The notes under the pieces are model-generated. The model had not been told where the DNA came from and ran no database searches. It saw nothing but the letters and a program-made list of their open reading frames with translations. A stretch of DNA of 64,000 nt, from positions 1,488,001 through 1,552,000 of the forward strand of contig OY740795.1 in assembly GCA_963514005.1 (NCBI GenBank), read 5' to 3'. Of the stretch, positions 62,856-64,000 are shown piece after piece. Origin of the DNA: Raja brachyura. Its lineage: Eukaryota. The first letter of the stretch is position 1. Each line of letters starts with the position of its first letter. The position numbers and the translations under genes were made by a program.

Positions 62856-64000
62856 ATTGAGGGTTTTACCCATTGAGGGTAGGGAAGATTCAAACAAGAG
62901 GGCATGACATGAGAATTAAGGGACAGAAGTTTAGGGGTAACATGAGGGGGAACTTCTTTACTCAGAGAGTGGTGGCTGTGTGGAATGATCTTCCTGCAGA
63001 AGTGGTGGAGGCAGGATCGATTTTAACATTTAAAAGTAAAGTGGATAGGTATATGGACGGGAAGGGAATGGAGGGGTATGGTCTGAGTGCAGGTAGATGG
63101 GACTAGGGGAAAATAAATGGTCGGCATGGACTGGAAGGGCCGAGAGGGCCTGTTTCCGTGCTGTAATTGTTATATGGTTATAGCATCTCTGGAGAGAAGG
63201 AATGGGTGATGTTTTGGGTCGAGACCCTTCTTCTCAAGAGAGAGTTAGATTTAGCTCTTGGGGTCAAGGGAACCAAGGGATATGGGTAAAAAGCAGGAAC
63301 GGGGTACTGATTTTAGATGACCATATTCAATGGCTGCGCTGGCTCGAAGGGCCGAATGGGGGTGGAAGGATGTTTTTCTAATGTTAAAACAATTACTGTG
63401 GTGGGTCTCTGGAACTCTCTGCCACAGAGGGTAGTTGAGGCCAGTTCATTGGCTATATTTAAGAGGGAGTTAGATGTGGCCCTTGTGTCTAAGGGGATCA
63501 GAGGGTATGGAGAGAAGGCAGGTACGGGATACTGAGTTGGATGATCAGCCATGATCACATTGAATGGCGGTGCAGGCTCGAAGGGCCGAATGGCCTCCTC
63601 CTGCACCTAATTTCTATGTTTCTATGTTTCTACTGGTATATTTTGTGCTGATTCAGATTATAACTGTGGCAATTTGGTAAGGCAACTGTGCCAACTTTAA
63701 CATCTTGTAAACAAAGATCACAGGTTCAAATCCCGTCAGTGCCCACATTTACTTCCCTTTAGCAGGGTGGCACAGTGGTGCAGCAGGTAGAGCTGCTGCC
63801 TCATAGACACGGGGTACGATCCTGACCTCAGGTGCTGTCTGTCTGTCTGTCAAGTTTGCACGCTCTCCCTGTGACCAGGAACAGTCTGAAGAAGTTCCAC
63901 ACCCACATCGAGCAACTGGGAGCACGTTGCACTGGACGGACAGGCGCACCTGGAGGAAATCCGTGCAGGAAGGAGCTGCTCGTCACGAAACGGAGCTACG

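Noticed and set aside
46523-62897. Long RT/endonuclease ORFs as host genes or an active retroelement
   Set aside because: All are frameshifted or truncated CR1 pieces with no intact ORF2.

Overview
Vertebrate genomic DNA from a cartilaginous fish, most likely a skate. The window holds one complete, unrearranged IgW (IgX/IgNARC) heavy-chain cluster on the + strand, from about 15.5 to 54.1 kb. Order: promoter, leader, VH(23-RSS), (12)D1(23), (12)D2(12), (23)JH, CH1, CH2, a separate Cys-rich short secretory-tail exon, CH3, CH4, CH5, CH6 with an IgM-like tail, TM1, and TM2 (VQQ*). All exons are open and phase-compatible. The rest is mostly transposon-derived: CR1, Rex1/Babar, L1/Tx1, Penelope, Tc1, Harbinger, Helitron-like and SINEs. 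Top observations: (1) a ~0.9 kb tandem array in the JH-CH1 intron with AGCT in every unit, resembling a tetrapod switch region but inverted; (2) a decayed seventh CH exon, split by LINEs, between the long secretory exon and TM1, with a possible eighth; (3) no canonical membrane splice donor in CH6; (4) loss of the conserved CH1 proline; (5) several large fold-back structures. Coordinates were read by hand. Repeat boundaries are approximate, and family assignments come from recognised motifs, not database searches.
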